Positions 10,647 to 21,541 of a stretch of 58,026 nucleotides of DNA are shown piece after piece. The notes below the pieces were generated by a model. The model did no database searches and had not been told where the DNA came from. It saw only the letters and a program-made list of their open reading frames with translations. How positions within the stretch are numbered: position 1 is the first letter of the stretch; each line of letters begins with the position of its first letter. Origin of the DNA: an uncultured Thioalkalispiraceae bacterium (lineage in GTDB: Bacteria > Pseudomonadota > Gammaproteobacteria > UBA6429 > Thiohalophilaceae); contig CAYOHQ010000001.1 in assembly GCA_964403805.1 (NCBI GenBank), forward strand, positions 1 to 58,026, read 5' to 3'. Both the position numbers and the translations under genes were made by a program.

Positions 10647-12212
10647 TTATGAATCTGTGGGTTTGCGAAATATGCTGAATTTAAGACCCAGTATTTTCAA
10701 AATTAAAAAATAGCTCGTTATACCGGCTATCACGCAGATACTCAAATTCAGGACTTTTGAAGAAATACTAACATCCGCTCCTGTCCACGAAGAAATATCG
10801 CCTACCAGATACCATAAAATCAGTCCCATAACAGTACTGGCAATACCAACTTGAACTATTAGTCGAGCCCAACCCTTTTCACGGTTATAAATACCTCGGC
10901 GAATTAGCCCTCGCAGTAATAGTATCGCGTTGATAAAGGCTGCTATTGCTGTAGCCAATGCCAGGCCGGCATGAGGTCCTTGCCACTCAAAAGCGCTCCA
11001 GCAATAAACAAACGTCAAATTGAGTATCACATTCACCAGCATTGCGACCAGGCTAAATCGAACCGGGCTACGAGTATCCAGACGCGCAAAATAGCCTGGT
11101 GACAGTACTTTAATCATAATAAAACCAATTAAACCGCTGCTGTAAGCAATTAAACTGTAGGTTGCCATGGTCACTGAATGAGTGGTGAATGAACCGTGTT
11201 GAAATAAAGTGCTTATTAGTGGCCCGGCCAGAATAATCAGGGCGACCATTGCCGGAAGACTGATGAGTAACACCCAGCGCAATGCCCAATCCAATGTGTG
11301 TGAAAATGCTTTTGGATCTGCGTCACTATGGTGTTTTGATAAACTGGGTAATATCACGGTAGCCAGAGCGATACCAAAGACACCTAGTGGGAATTCCACC
11401 AGTCGGTCGGAATAATACAGCCATGAGATACTGCCATCCTGTAAATTCGATGCAATCATCAAATCGACCAATAAGTTAATCTGCACTGCTGAACTGCCAA
11501 TGATACCCGGTATCATTAACTTCATGATTTTTTTTACTTTTTCGTGCTTCCAGCCCCAACGCGGCCAATGCAATAAACCCAGCTTTGCAAGCTGTGGTAG
11601 TTGAAAAGACAATTGCACAATACCGGCTAGAAACACACCCCAGGCAAGCGCCACTACTGGTCTGTCCATATACGGCGCGAGATACAAAGCTGCCAGAATA
11701 AAACAAATATTTAACAAAACGGGTGTAAAAGCCGGAATAGCGAATCGCCCATAGACATTTAACACGCTGCTGACCAGAGCGGTCAGTGAGATAAAAATAA
11801 TATAAGGAAATGTAATACGCAGCATTTCTGTCGTAAGAGCGAATTTTTCGGGATTATCGGCAAAGCCACCCAGTGTAAATGCCATGACGACAAATGGTGC
11901 AAATAGCACTGCTACTAATGTAATCAAACTAAGAATGACCGCCAGAGTACCGGCAACGTTCCGGATTAGTTGATTAACTTCCGGATCACCTTCGTTTTTA
12001 ACTTCACTTAATACCGGTACAAAAGCCTGAGAAAAAGCACCTTCTGCAAATAAGCGCCGTAAAAAGTTGGGAATTTTAAATGCCACAAAAAAAGCATCAG
12101 TGACGCCACTGGCTCCAAATATAGTGGCAAATACAATATCGCGTATAAAACCGGATACCCGGGAAATCAGGGTAAAGCTGCTCACAGTGAAAGTCGAACG
12201 TAATAAGCTCAT
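10647..12212 (-). CDS. murJ: Lipid II flippase MurJ (MviN)
   Basis: 521 aa polytopic membrane protein. N-terminus SGFIRDIVFATIFGASGVTDAFFVAFKIPNFLRRLFAEGAFSQAFVP is typical MurJ. Confidence 0.9.
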   Translation of the reverse strand: MSLLRSTFTVSSFTLISRVSGFIRDIVFATIFGASGVTDAFFVAFKIPNFLRRLFAEGAFSQAFVPVLSEVKNEGDPEVNQLIRNVAGTLAVILSLITLVAVLFAPFVVMAFTLGGFADNPEKFALTTEMLRITFPYIIFISLTALVSSVLNVYGRFAIPAFTPVLLNICFILAALYLAPYMDRPVVALAWGVFLAGIVQLSFQLPQLAKLGLLHWPRWGWKHEKVKKIMKLMIPGIIGSSAVQINLLVDLMIASNLQDGSISWLYYSDRLVEFPLGVFGIALATVILPSLSKHHSDADPKAFSHTLDWALRWVLLISLPAMVALIILAGPLISTLFQHGSFTTHSVTMATYSLIAYSSGLIGFIMIKVLSPGYFARLDTRSPVRFSLVAMLVNVILNLTFVYCWSAFEWQGPHAGLALATAIAAFINAILLLRGLIRRGIYNREKGWARLIVQVGIASTVMGLILWYLVGDISSWTGADVSISSKVLNLSICVIAGITSYFLILKILGLKFSIFRKPTDS

Positions 12213-12420
12213 TTGCGTGATATTTTACAGAAATATTTTGTATTCATGGCTCTAACAATAAGGTAATTATCGCTATTTTGCAAGAAATTACAATCACTTA
12301 GAGTAATTTACACCAGCCAGATACAATCCGACAAGATGCTAAAATAGCTCAGAAATATTTGATTCCGGAGCCAAAAACACGCATAATGCGCAGCTCGAAA
12401 ATACAAGTTAGGAGACGGCT

Positions 12421-12681
12421 TTGGCCAATTCACCACAATCAATTAAACGTGCTCGCCAGGCAGTAAAGCGCAGAGCACACAATGCAGGCTTACGCTCACG
12501 TATGCGTACTTTTATTAAAGATACTTTAAATGCCATCACTGACGGTGATAAAGATAAAGCAACTGCTGCTTTTAAAGAAGCTTCTCCAGAAATAGATAAA
12601 ATGGCTAATAAAGGTTTAATTCACAAGAATAAAGCTGCACGGACTAAAAGCCGCTTAAATACTCGATTACGAAGTATGTAA
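12421..12681 (+). CDS. rpsT: 30S ribosomal protein S20
   Basis: 86 aa with a TTG start. [29 protein letters not shown] matches the S20 family. Divergent from murJ, as in many gammaproteobacteria. Confidence 0.93.
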   Translation: MANSPQSIKRARQAVKRRAHNAGLRSRMRTFIKDTLNAITDGDKDKATAAFKEASPEIDKMANKGLIHKNKAARTKSRLNTRLRSM

Positions 12682-12701
12682 GATTTTAGAAATATCTAAA
12701 T

Positions 12702-12733
12702 AAAAAAACCGGATTAATTTCCGGTTTTTTTTT
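12702..12733. terminator. Bidirectional rho-independent terminator between rpsT and proB
   Basis: AAAAAAACCGGA-ttaatt-TCCGGTTTTTTTTT. A GC stem flanked by an A-run and a T-run, so it is a hairpin plus U-tract on both strands. Confidence 0.8.
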
Positions 12734-12780
12734 GCACCTTGGCAACTAAAGATTTTGATTTTTTTAAGGTGTCCTGGTTC

Positions 12781-15001
<2,221 letters not shown>

Positions 15002-15004
15002 TTA

Positions 15005-15044
15005 ATAAAAAAAATCCCGTCACTAGATATACTAGGACGGGATT
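15005..15044 (-). terminator. Rho-independent terminator/attenuator downstream of rpmA
   Basis: On the minus strand, ATCCCGTC..CTAG / CTAG..GACGGGAT stem followed by a run of 7 or more T. Lies between rpmA and obg. Confidence 0.7.
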
Positions 15045-15070
15045 TTTAGTTATTATTTGTTTGTTAAATC

Positions 15071-15328
15071 TTAAGCCGGAACAATACTCACGAATTGTCG
15101 TTTTTTAGGGCCTTTGATTTCAAATAAAACTTTTCCGTCTGCTTTGGCGAACAAGGTGTCATCTGCACCGCGACCAACATTCACTCCCGGGTGTACTTTA
15201 GTGCCACGTTGACGGATTAATATGTTTCCGGCCAATACTGCTTCACCACCAAATTTCTTTACGCCAAGTCGTTTCGCTACCGAATCACGACCATTTCGAG
15301 TACTACCACCCGCTTTTTTATGTGCCAT
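15071..15328 (-). CDS. rpmA: 50S ribosomal protein L27
   Basis: [27 protein letters not shown] is an L27 signature. Confidence 0.97.
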   Translation of the reverse strand: MAHKKAGGSTRNGRDSVAKRLGVKKFGGEAVLAGNILIRQRGTKVHPGVNVGRGADDTLFAKADGKVLFEIKGPKKRQFVSIVPA

Positions 15329-15354
15329 TTTAAATTACCTTTAATTTAAATAGA

Positions 15355-15666
15355 TTAGCCGGCAATACCGGTAATTTCTAATTCTGTGTAGGATTGACGA
15401 TGCCCTTGTGTTGTAGCTGAGTGCTTACGACGTCGGAATTTCACAATCCGGATTTTAGGACCACGACCAATGCTTTTTACTGTTGCAGTCACTTTACCGC
15501 CATCCAGATAAGGCGCACCCACTTTGATATCATCACCATTTGCGATCATTAATACTTTATCAATATCCACTTTTTCACCAGGTTCGATACCCAGTTTTTC
15601 AACTTTAAGGGTTTGACCTTCAGTTACTCGATATTGCTTACCACCTGTTTCAATAACCGCGTACAT
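15355..15666 (-). CDS. rplU: 50S ribosomal protein L21
   Basis: [14 protein letters not shown] is the canonical L21 N-terminus, with a GGAGAA RBS just upstream of the ATG at 15666. The ORF-track extension to 15732 is probably not translated. Confidence 0.95.
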   Translation of the reverse strand: MYAVIETGGKQYRVTEGQTLKVEKLGIEPGEKVDIDKVLMIANGDDIKVGAPYLDGGKVTATVKSIGRGPKIRIVKFRRRKHSATTQGHRQSYTELEITGIAG

Positions 15667-15930
15667 GCTTGATTCTCCAAACTTTTGCTGTTTCATGCCA
15701 ACAATTAACGATTCTCGTTTATTGACTGACAAAATGTAATTTTCAATTCATTAAAGGGCGGCAATTTTAACGTTTTGGCTATACCAGGTCAATTCGTATT
15801 TGTCGTTATTTAATGAATAATTACTCCATTTTATCAGTAAATCAACCGACTAGCTGAACAAACTTGACAGCATTGCACCAGACCCATAGCATGCTTCGCT
15901 TATTAGAATGCAGAATTTAAGGATGTTTGC

Positions 15931-16929
15931 ATGGAATTGGCTCCAGTCCCGATAGCAATCGAAACAATAGACGACATTAACACCTTAATAAGTGAGGAAA
16001 TGAATGACGTCAACCAGTGCATCCTGCGCTATTTACACTCGGATGTGGTGCTGGTTAATCAGATTGGTCATTATATCATCAATAGTGGTGGTAAACGCTT
16101 ACGTCCGGTGCTGCACCTGCTTTGTGCCAGAGCACTGGCCTATTCCGGAACCGAACACATCAATCTGGCGGCGATAATCGAATTTATCCATACTGCAACC
16201 CTGCTACACGACGATGTTGTAGATGACTCAATGCTGCGCCGCGGCAAAGAAACGGCCAATAATGTTTGGGGCAATGAAGCCAGTGTACTGGTCGGCGATT
16301 TTCTGTATTCGCGCTCATTTCAAATGATGGTCGAATTAAAGAAATTGCGCATCATGGAAATACTCTCCACTGCCAGTAATATTATTGCTGAAGGTGAAGT
16401 GCAGCAATTATTGAATGTAAACGATCCCGATACCACCGAAGAAGCCTATATGCGGGTTATCTATGACAAAACGGCCAAATTATTTGAATCAGCAGCTCAG
16501 CTCGCTGCGGTGATAACTGACCGGCCGGAGCATGAAGAACAGGCAATGATCCGCTATGGCATGCATTTAGGAACGGCTTTTCAGTTAATTGATGATGTGC
16601 TTGATTACAGTGCCTCTAGTGATGAAATTGGTAAAAATATTGGCGATGATCTTGCTGAAGGTAAGCCGACCCTGCCATTAATTCATGCTATTAAAAATAG
16701 TAAACCTGAAGATGCTGCGGTGATTCGCCATGCCATTGAAGAAGGTGGTCTTGATAACATAACCAACGTGATGCACATTATCGAATCGAGTGGTGCCATA
16801 GTTTATACTGCCGAGAAAGCTAAAATAGAGGCTCAAATGGCTGTTGAAGCTATCGAATTTTTACCCGAATCAAATTATAAACTGGCATTACAAAAGTTAG
16901 CTGAATTTTCTGTTAATCGCAGCTACTAA
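15931..16929 (+). CDS. ispB: Octaprenyl/polyprenyl diphosphate synthase
   Basis: 332 aa. First and second Asp-rich motifs (LLHDDVVDDSMLRRG and QLIDDVLDY). Divergent from rplU-rpmA, as in other gammaproteobacteria. Confidence 0.9.
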   Translation: MELAPVPIAIETIDDINTLISEEMNDVNQCILRYLHSDVVLVNQIGHYIINSGGKRLRPVLHLLCARALAYSGTEHINLAAIIEFIHTATLLHDDVVDDSMLRRGKETANNVWGNEASVLVGDFLYSRSFQMMVELKKLRIMEILSTASNIIAEGEVQQLLNVNDPDTTEEAYMRVIYDKTAKLFESAAQLAAVITDRPEHEEQAMIRYGMHLGTAFQLIDDVLDYSASSDEIGKNIGDDLAEGKPTLPLIHAIKNSKPEDAAVIRHAIEEGGLDNITNVMHIIESSGAIVYTAEKAKIEAQMAVEAIEFLPESNYKLALQKLAEFSVNRSY

Positions 16930-16954
16930 TCTAATGTTGTTTATACCTACATAA

Positions 16955-17734
16955 ATGAACAGCAAAACCGATTTTAAAATAATCATTCCGGCCAGGTTTG
17001 CTTCCACTCGCCTGCCCGGTAAAGCCTTAAAACAATTATTGGGTAAACCCATGATTCAGCATGTTTATCAGAGAGCATCTGAAACCGGTGCCTCGGAAAT
17101 AATCGTTGCGACCGATCATGGCGATATTAAACAGGCTGTCGAGAATTTTGGTGGCAAGGTAATGATGACCAAAGCCAATCATCCGACTGGCACCGATAGA
17201 ATCGCTGAAGTCATTCAAGCACAATCGTGGTCGGATGATACCATCGTGGTTAACCTACAGGGCGATGAACCCCATATACCGGCACAACTGATACAACAAA
17301 CTGCAGAGGCGCTAGCCGAAAACTCACAATGTGACATTGCAACACTCGGGACAAAAATACACTCTATTGACGAAATACTTGATCCCAATAGGGTTAAAAT
17401 TGTTTTAAACAACAACAATGAAGCATTGTATTTTAGTCGTGCAGCAATCCCCTATAATAAAAAATGGAATGATCAAAATACGGAAATAGAATTCCCCTAC
17501 TACCACCATATCGGGCTTTATGCCTACACGGTTGGTTTTTTAAAACAATTCCCCTCATTAACACCCTGCCCAATAGAACTTGCTGAAAGCCTCGAACAGT
17601 TACGTGCGCTTTGTTACGGCTATCGAATATTTGTTAAAGTTATTGAGCAATCACCCGGTCATGGCGTTGATACTGAACATGATCTAAGCCGTGTCGAAAA
17701 ACTGCTGTCAAAGTCGAAACCTGTCTCATCCTAA
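16955..17734 (+). CDS. kdsB: 3-deoxy-manno-octulosonate cytidylyltransferase (CMP-KDO synthetase)
   Basis: IIIPARFASTRLPGKALKQLLGKPMIQHVYQRA..VNLQGDEP.. is typical KdsB. Confidence 0.9.
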   Translation: MNSKTDFKIIIPARFASTRLPGKALKQLLGKPMIQHVYQRASETGASEIIVATDHGDIKQAVENFGGKVMMTKANHPTGTDRIAEVIQAQSWSDDTIVVNLQGDEPHIPAQLIQQTAEALAENSQCDIATLGTKIHSIDEILDPNRVKIVLNNNNEALYFSRAAIPYNKKWNDQNTEIEFPYYHHIGLYAYTVGFLKQFPSLTPCPIELAESLEQLRALCYGYRIFVKVIEQSPGHGVDTEHDLSRVEKLLSKSKPVSS

Positions 17735-17843
17735 GCTTATTAATACCTGCAATAATTAAATGTTTTAATGCTTGTGTCGATAGTTAATCAATAACTAAAC
17801 AAACATATCATTGGAAACATTATTTTTCATAAGGTTTTATTCA

Positions 17844-19064
17844 ATGAATTTATTACGGCAATTTTTAACGCTTTCGACTGCTTATACTGGCATTGCCATT
17901 ACAAGCTTATTGATTGTCTGTGTGCTGGTATTAATTGATTCACAACAAACTACTGGTTATACCATTGTTACTGGTTCAGTTATTTCTATTGCATTTTTTT
18001 TATTATCTCAACACTATTCCAATAACAAAAATACCAAAATTTTACAGCACGCGACTGAGTTGATAAACGAGTCGCAAAATGGGCACTATGAATCAGATAC
18101 AGTAATTCAAGACAACAATGTTTCACACTCAGCGTTTTTATTATCATTAAATTCCCTACTGAGTTCCACAAATGTTAAAAATGAATTTTTTAAAACTACT
18201 GCCAATTCATTATCAGAACATGCGCGTCATTTATCCGATTTAGCCAAACAAATTATGCAAGAGATGACATCGCAATTGCAGGAAACGGATACCGCCAATC
18301 AATTAGTTGTACGATTACAAAATGCATTGATTATCTCAACTGACACTGCCAACAAAGCCGTTGAGGTTTCCAACCAATCTGAATCTGAAGGTAATAGTGG
18401 TAAATTGATTATGACAGAAGCAATGAGTGGTGTTATGGCGCTATCATCAGAAGTAACTGAAGCGGGAACAATTATTCAGACGCTTCGCAAAGATAGTGAA
18501 TCAATTGGTGGCATCATTAATGTGATTACCGGCATAGCCGAACAAACTAATTTGTTAGCCTTAAATGCAGCAATAGAAGCTGCACGCGCTGGAGAACAGG
18601 GCCGAGGTTTTGCGGTTGTTGCTGATGAAGTTCGGTCACTCGCCAGTAAAACTCAACAATCAACTGAGGAAATAAATACTATTATTCAACTGCTGTTAAA
18701 ACACGTTGGTACAGCTGATACTACAATCAGTAAGGCATTGGAATTGTCCGACAAGGCAGATGAGTTAATCGAAGGTGTTGTTATGTCTTATTCTGAAATT
18801 GTTGGTTTTATGGCAAGTATCAGTGAGTTAGGCAGTAACTTGGCTGATACCACATTAAGTGAAAAAAGTACCGCCGATACCGCTTTTGAAAAACTGGAGC
18901 AGATCAAAAATATTACCAATGAAACCAATAGTCACATGAACTTGATGTTAAATTCAACTCTCGAGCTTGCGAGTTTAGGTGATCAATTTAACAGTATCAT
19001 CGAAAACAAAAAACAGTCCGATAATGATGAGCTCGATAATGTCGGTGATGTTGATTTATTTTAA
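17844..19064 (+). CDS. Methyl-accepting chemotaxis protein-like transducer (membrane hairpin, no periplasmic sensor domain)
   Basis: Highly conserved MCP signalling tip [37 protein letters not shown]. Two adjacent N-terminal TM helices with only a few residues between them. ATG at 17844 preferred over TTG at 17811. Confidence 0.85.
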   Translation: MNLLRQFLTLSTAYTGIAITSLLIVCVLVLIDSQQTTGYTIVTGSVISIAFFLLSQHYSNNKNTKILQHATELINESQNGHYESDTVIQDNNVSHSAFLLSLNSLLSSTNVKNEFFKTTANSLSEHARHLSDLAKQIMQEMTSQLQETDTANQLVVRLQNALIISTDTANKAVEVSNQSESEGNSGKLIMTEAMSGVMALSSEVTEAGTIIQTLRKDSESIGGIINVITGIAEQTNLLALNAAIEAARAGEQGRGFAVVADEVRSLASKTQQSTEEINTIIQLLLKHVGTADTTISKALELSDKADELIEGVVMSYSEIVGFMASISELGSNLADTTLSEKSTADTAFEKLEQIKNITNETNSHMNLMLNSTLELASLGDQFNSIIENKKQSDNDELDNVGDVDLF

Positions 19065-19078
19065 TTAGTGTTTTTAAA

Positions 19079-19339
19079 TTAATACTCATCAACCAGTTTA
19101 GCACCTTGTATTACAAACTCGGGTAATTTTTCAGGAAGTGGATAGACCTGAATCGATTTAATATTGGCGATGGGGTAAAATTTCATTGCACCTTCAACCT
19201 CAATAACGAGGTATTGCATATCAAGTAATTTTTTCATACGCGTTGAAATAGCATTAACATCATCAACTTGCTTTGGAATATCATAAACAGCCTTGGTGCC
19301 ATCCATGAATTGAATTATCATGTTTCGTTGATCTGACAT
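19079..19339 (-). CDS. Small hypothetical protein (86 aa from ATG 19339; 90 aa from GTG 19351)
   Basis: Clean ORF with a plausible sigma70 promoter (TTGGCT, about 18 nt, TATATA) and a purine-rich RBS upstream. No recognisable family. Confidence 0.5.
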   Translation of the reverse strand: MSDQRNMIIQFMDGTKAVYDIPKQVDDVNAISTRMKKLLDMQYLVIEVEGAMKFYPIANIKSIQVYPLPEKLPEFVIQGAKLVDEY

Positions 19340-19379
19340 TTTAAATCTCACTTCGTAATATATACATACTTAAAAATAT

Positions 19380-19394
19380 ACTAGCCAATAAAAT
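19380..19394. repeat. 15-nt motif ACTAGCCAATAAAAT, copy 1
   Basis: Identical to 20530-20544. Lies 40 nt upstream of the small ORF start (minus strand) and 212 nt downstream of the stop of the 286-aa ORF. Confidence 0.8.
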
Positions 19395-19605
19395 GCTTTA
19401 TAGATATGTTACGACTAAAATAAATTTACGCCGACAACTGATTTTTTCGATTATATTTCGTGATAATATTGAAGACGCCAAACTATTTTTAATTGAAAAT
19501 TATAGATGTACAAGGTAATTAAGAAATTATAATCCATAGCAAACATAATGAACTCATAACGAAAAATTTAATATAAGTGAATTGAGTTGAATAACTAATT
19601 ACTAT

Positions 19606-20466
19606 TTATTGCCATTCAAGTTCAAACTTAACAGTAACATCTTCATCTGGACAATCTTTTAAGTCATTATTTAATGCTCCAGATAGACGAACTTCGACTT
19701 TCAAATTTTTATAGCCGTTTTTACGTAATATCTTCCAATCGTAACCTTCCGTATTGCCTTTATGATCCAATTGATGCCAAAGACGATATCCATCCTCAAG
19801 ACGACCAATGGGTTGATTATTAGATCCTTTCTTGAAAATAACAAACCATAATGCATTAAGAGGGCCCACTGTTGCAGTATCCCAAGCCATTTCGCGAGTC
19901 TCAAAATATTTCTCTGATATTGCATTTGATATTTCTGCTCTTGTATCAAATTGCGTGAAGTTTATATCGGATACTGGCGACACTGTATCTGTTGATCCTG
20001 ATGCATTAAATGTCACATCAAGCAGTTGCACACATGCCTCACGTCCCTTACCTGTTAATGGGTTTCGTGGCGTAAAATTACGTTCCGTGATATTGGTTTC
20101 AGAACGACGTTCAAATGCCATAGGCGCACGCGACTCATCAGTTTTATGATGATAGGCATGAAATAACGGCGGTGTTCGTGTGGCTGTAATACTGAAATCA
20201 CCTCCAGACCATTTATCGGTTTCGACCTCGACATCTTTTATTTTAAGTTTCTTTGGAGCCGTCGCCGGATCGGCAGCTTGGCTGGCTTGCATTTCTTCAG
20301 GAAATCCAGGTAATGCAATACCCCAATACGCAAAGTGATTAATGACAAATCCAAACGGCGTTGTTGTAGTGACTGAATCAAGATTAACTAATGTCCATTC
20401 ATCATCAGCCTCAAAATTTCCAGCACTTTCATTTTCATCTTTATCGTCTTTCTCATTTTTATCCAT
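19606..20466 (-). CDS. Hypothetical protein (286 aa), orphan
   Basis: Long clean ORF with a strong RBS (GAGGAGGATGAAATG). Acidic N-terminus (MDKNEKDDKDENES..) and no signal peptide. Flanked by 254 nt and 447 nt of ORF-free AT-rich DNA. Confidence 0.65.
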   Translation of the reverse strand: MDKNEKDDKDENESAGNFEADDEWTLVNLDSVTTTTPFGFVINHFAYWGIALPGFPEEMQASQAADPATAPKKLKIKDVEVETDKWSGGDFSITATRTPPLFHAYHHKTDESRAPMAFERRSETNITERNFTPRNPLTGKGREACVQLLDVTFNASGSTDTVSPVSDINFTQFDTRAEISNAISEKYFETREMAWDTATVGPLNALWFVIFKKGSNNQPIGRLEDGYRLWHQLDHKGNTEGYDWKILRKNGYKNLKVEVRLSGALNNDLKDCPDEDVTVKFELEWQ

Positions 20467-20529
20467 TTCATCCTCCTCGGATCTATTTGTTTAGAATTAA
20501 ATATCACATGAATAATTTACAATTTTTAC

Positions 20530-20544
20530 ACTAGCCAATAAAAT
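20530..20544. repeat. 15-nt motif ACTAGCCAATAAAAT, copy 2
   Basis: Identical to 19380-19394 in the same orientation. Lies 63 nt upstream of the 286-aa ORF start. Confidence 0.8.
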
Positions 20545-20845
20545 AATTAAGCTGAGTACTTCATATTAAGGAATTAATATTAAATTTATATTAAAACCAG
20601 TATATAAAATTTAATATGGTGATATTTACATTTAGTTTGTAACTTTTTCACTTATAAAAGTTTTGTCGTTAGGCTGTATTTAACACTGTAACCTCGCAAT
20701 TCAGCATTTTAAAAATACTTCGGGTAAATTACGGATTAGATTAAGGTTTATGATAAAAGAGAAAAATATTTAGGATTGTTTAGCTTGGGGAGATTCGTCT
20801 TGAAAATATATCTAATCTTCTTTGCTTAGGGCAGGATTCATTGTT

Positions 20846-20877
20846 CGCAAAAACAAGAAATCCCCAACTAATGGGGA
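20846..20877 (-). terminator. Rho-independent terminator of ssb
   Basis: Minus strand reads TCCCCA-ttagt-TGGGGA followed by TTTCTTGTTTTTG, about 36 nt after the ssb stop. Confidence 0.7.
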
Positions 20878-20913
20878 CTTCAAGTTTAAACTTTATCAAT
20901 AACAATGATTTTT

Positions 20914-21417
20914 TTAAAACGGAATATCATCATCAAACTCAGCCATTGCCGCAGCGGGTTGTGGTGCTGAGTTTTGTGGCTGATTCATATTTTGATTCTG
21001 GTTCGTGTTTTGATTCTGGTTTTGGTTTTGGTTCTGATAAGAATTTTGACCTTGATTAAAGTCTGCAGTGCCACCGGTGCCCTTTGAATCCAGCATTTGC
21101 ATTTCATTAGCAACAATTTCAGTAGTCCAGCGATCAGCACCATTTTTATCCTGCCATTTGCGGGTTTGTAATTTTCCTTCGAGATACACTTTTGAGCCTT
21201 TTTTCAGATACTCACCGACTATTTCAGCAAGTCGTCGGAAAAACACCACTCGATGCCATTCGGTTTTATCGACCTGTTCACCGGTATTTTTGTCTTTCCA
21301 GCTTTCTGATGTTGCAATGGTTACGTTGGCAACAGCACCTCCATTGGGCATGTATTTCACCTCGGGGTCCGCACCTAGATTACCAATTAAAATTACTTTA
21401 TTTACGCCTCTGGCCAT
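20914..21417 (-). CDS. ssb: Single-stranded DNA-binding protein
   Basis: [45 protein letters not shown] fold. Disordered linker and acidic tip DDDIPF. Confidence 0.96.
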   Translation of the reverse strand: MARGVNKVILIGNLGADPEVKYMPNGGAVANVTIATSESWKDKNTGEQVDKTEWHRVVFFRRLAEIVGEYLKKGSKVYLEGKLQTRKWQDKNGADRWTTEIVANEMQMLDSKGTGGTADFNQGQNSYQNQNQNQNQNTNQNQNMNQPQNSAPQPAAAMAEFDDDIPF

Positions 21418-21541
21418 GTCTCTATTCCTCTTAATGTTATTCGTTTATGTATTAGGGCATATCGTATTTTGCATTTTAGTGTTTCAAATGCTCTTAATGA
21501 GTGTACATTATTTTAATTGAATCGATCAAAATTTATTTAAT

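Noticed and set aside
19393-19512. 39-aa plus-strand ORF (MLYRYVTTKINLRRQLIF..) in the spacer between the two orphan genes, starting at the end of the 15-nt motif.
   Set aside because: It has no RBS and lies in AT-rich sequence where short ORFs arise by chance. It remains unsupported without expression data.
20841-21059. 72-aa plus-strand ORF starting in the ssb terminator region.
   Set aside because: It runs antisense through the ssb terminator and the ssb Q/N-repeat region, starts with TTG and has no RBS. It is almost certainly spurious.
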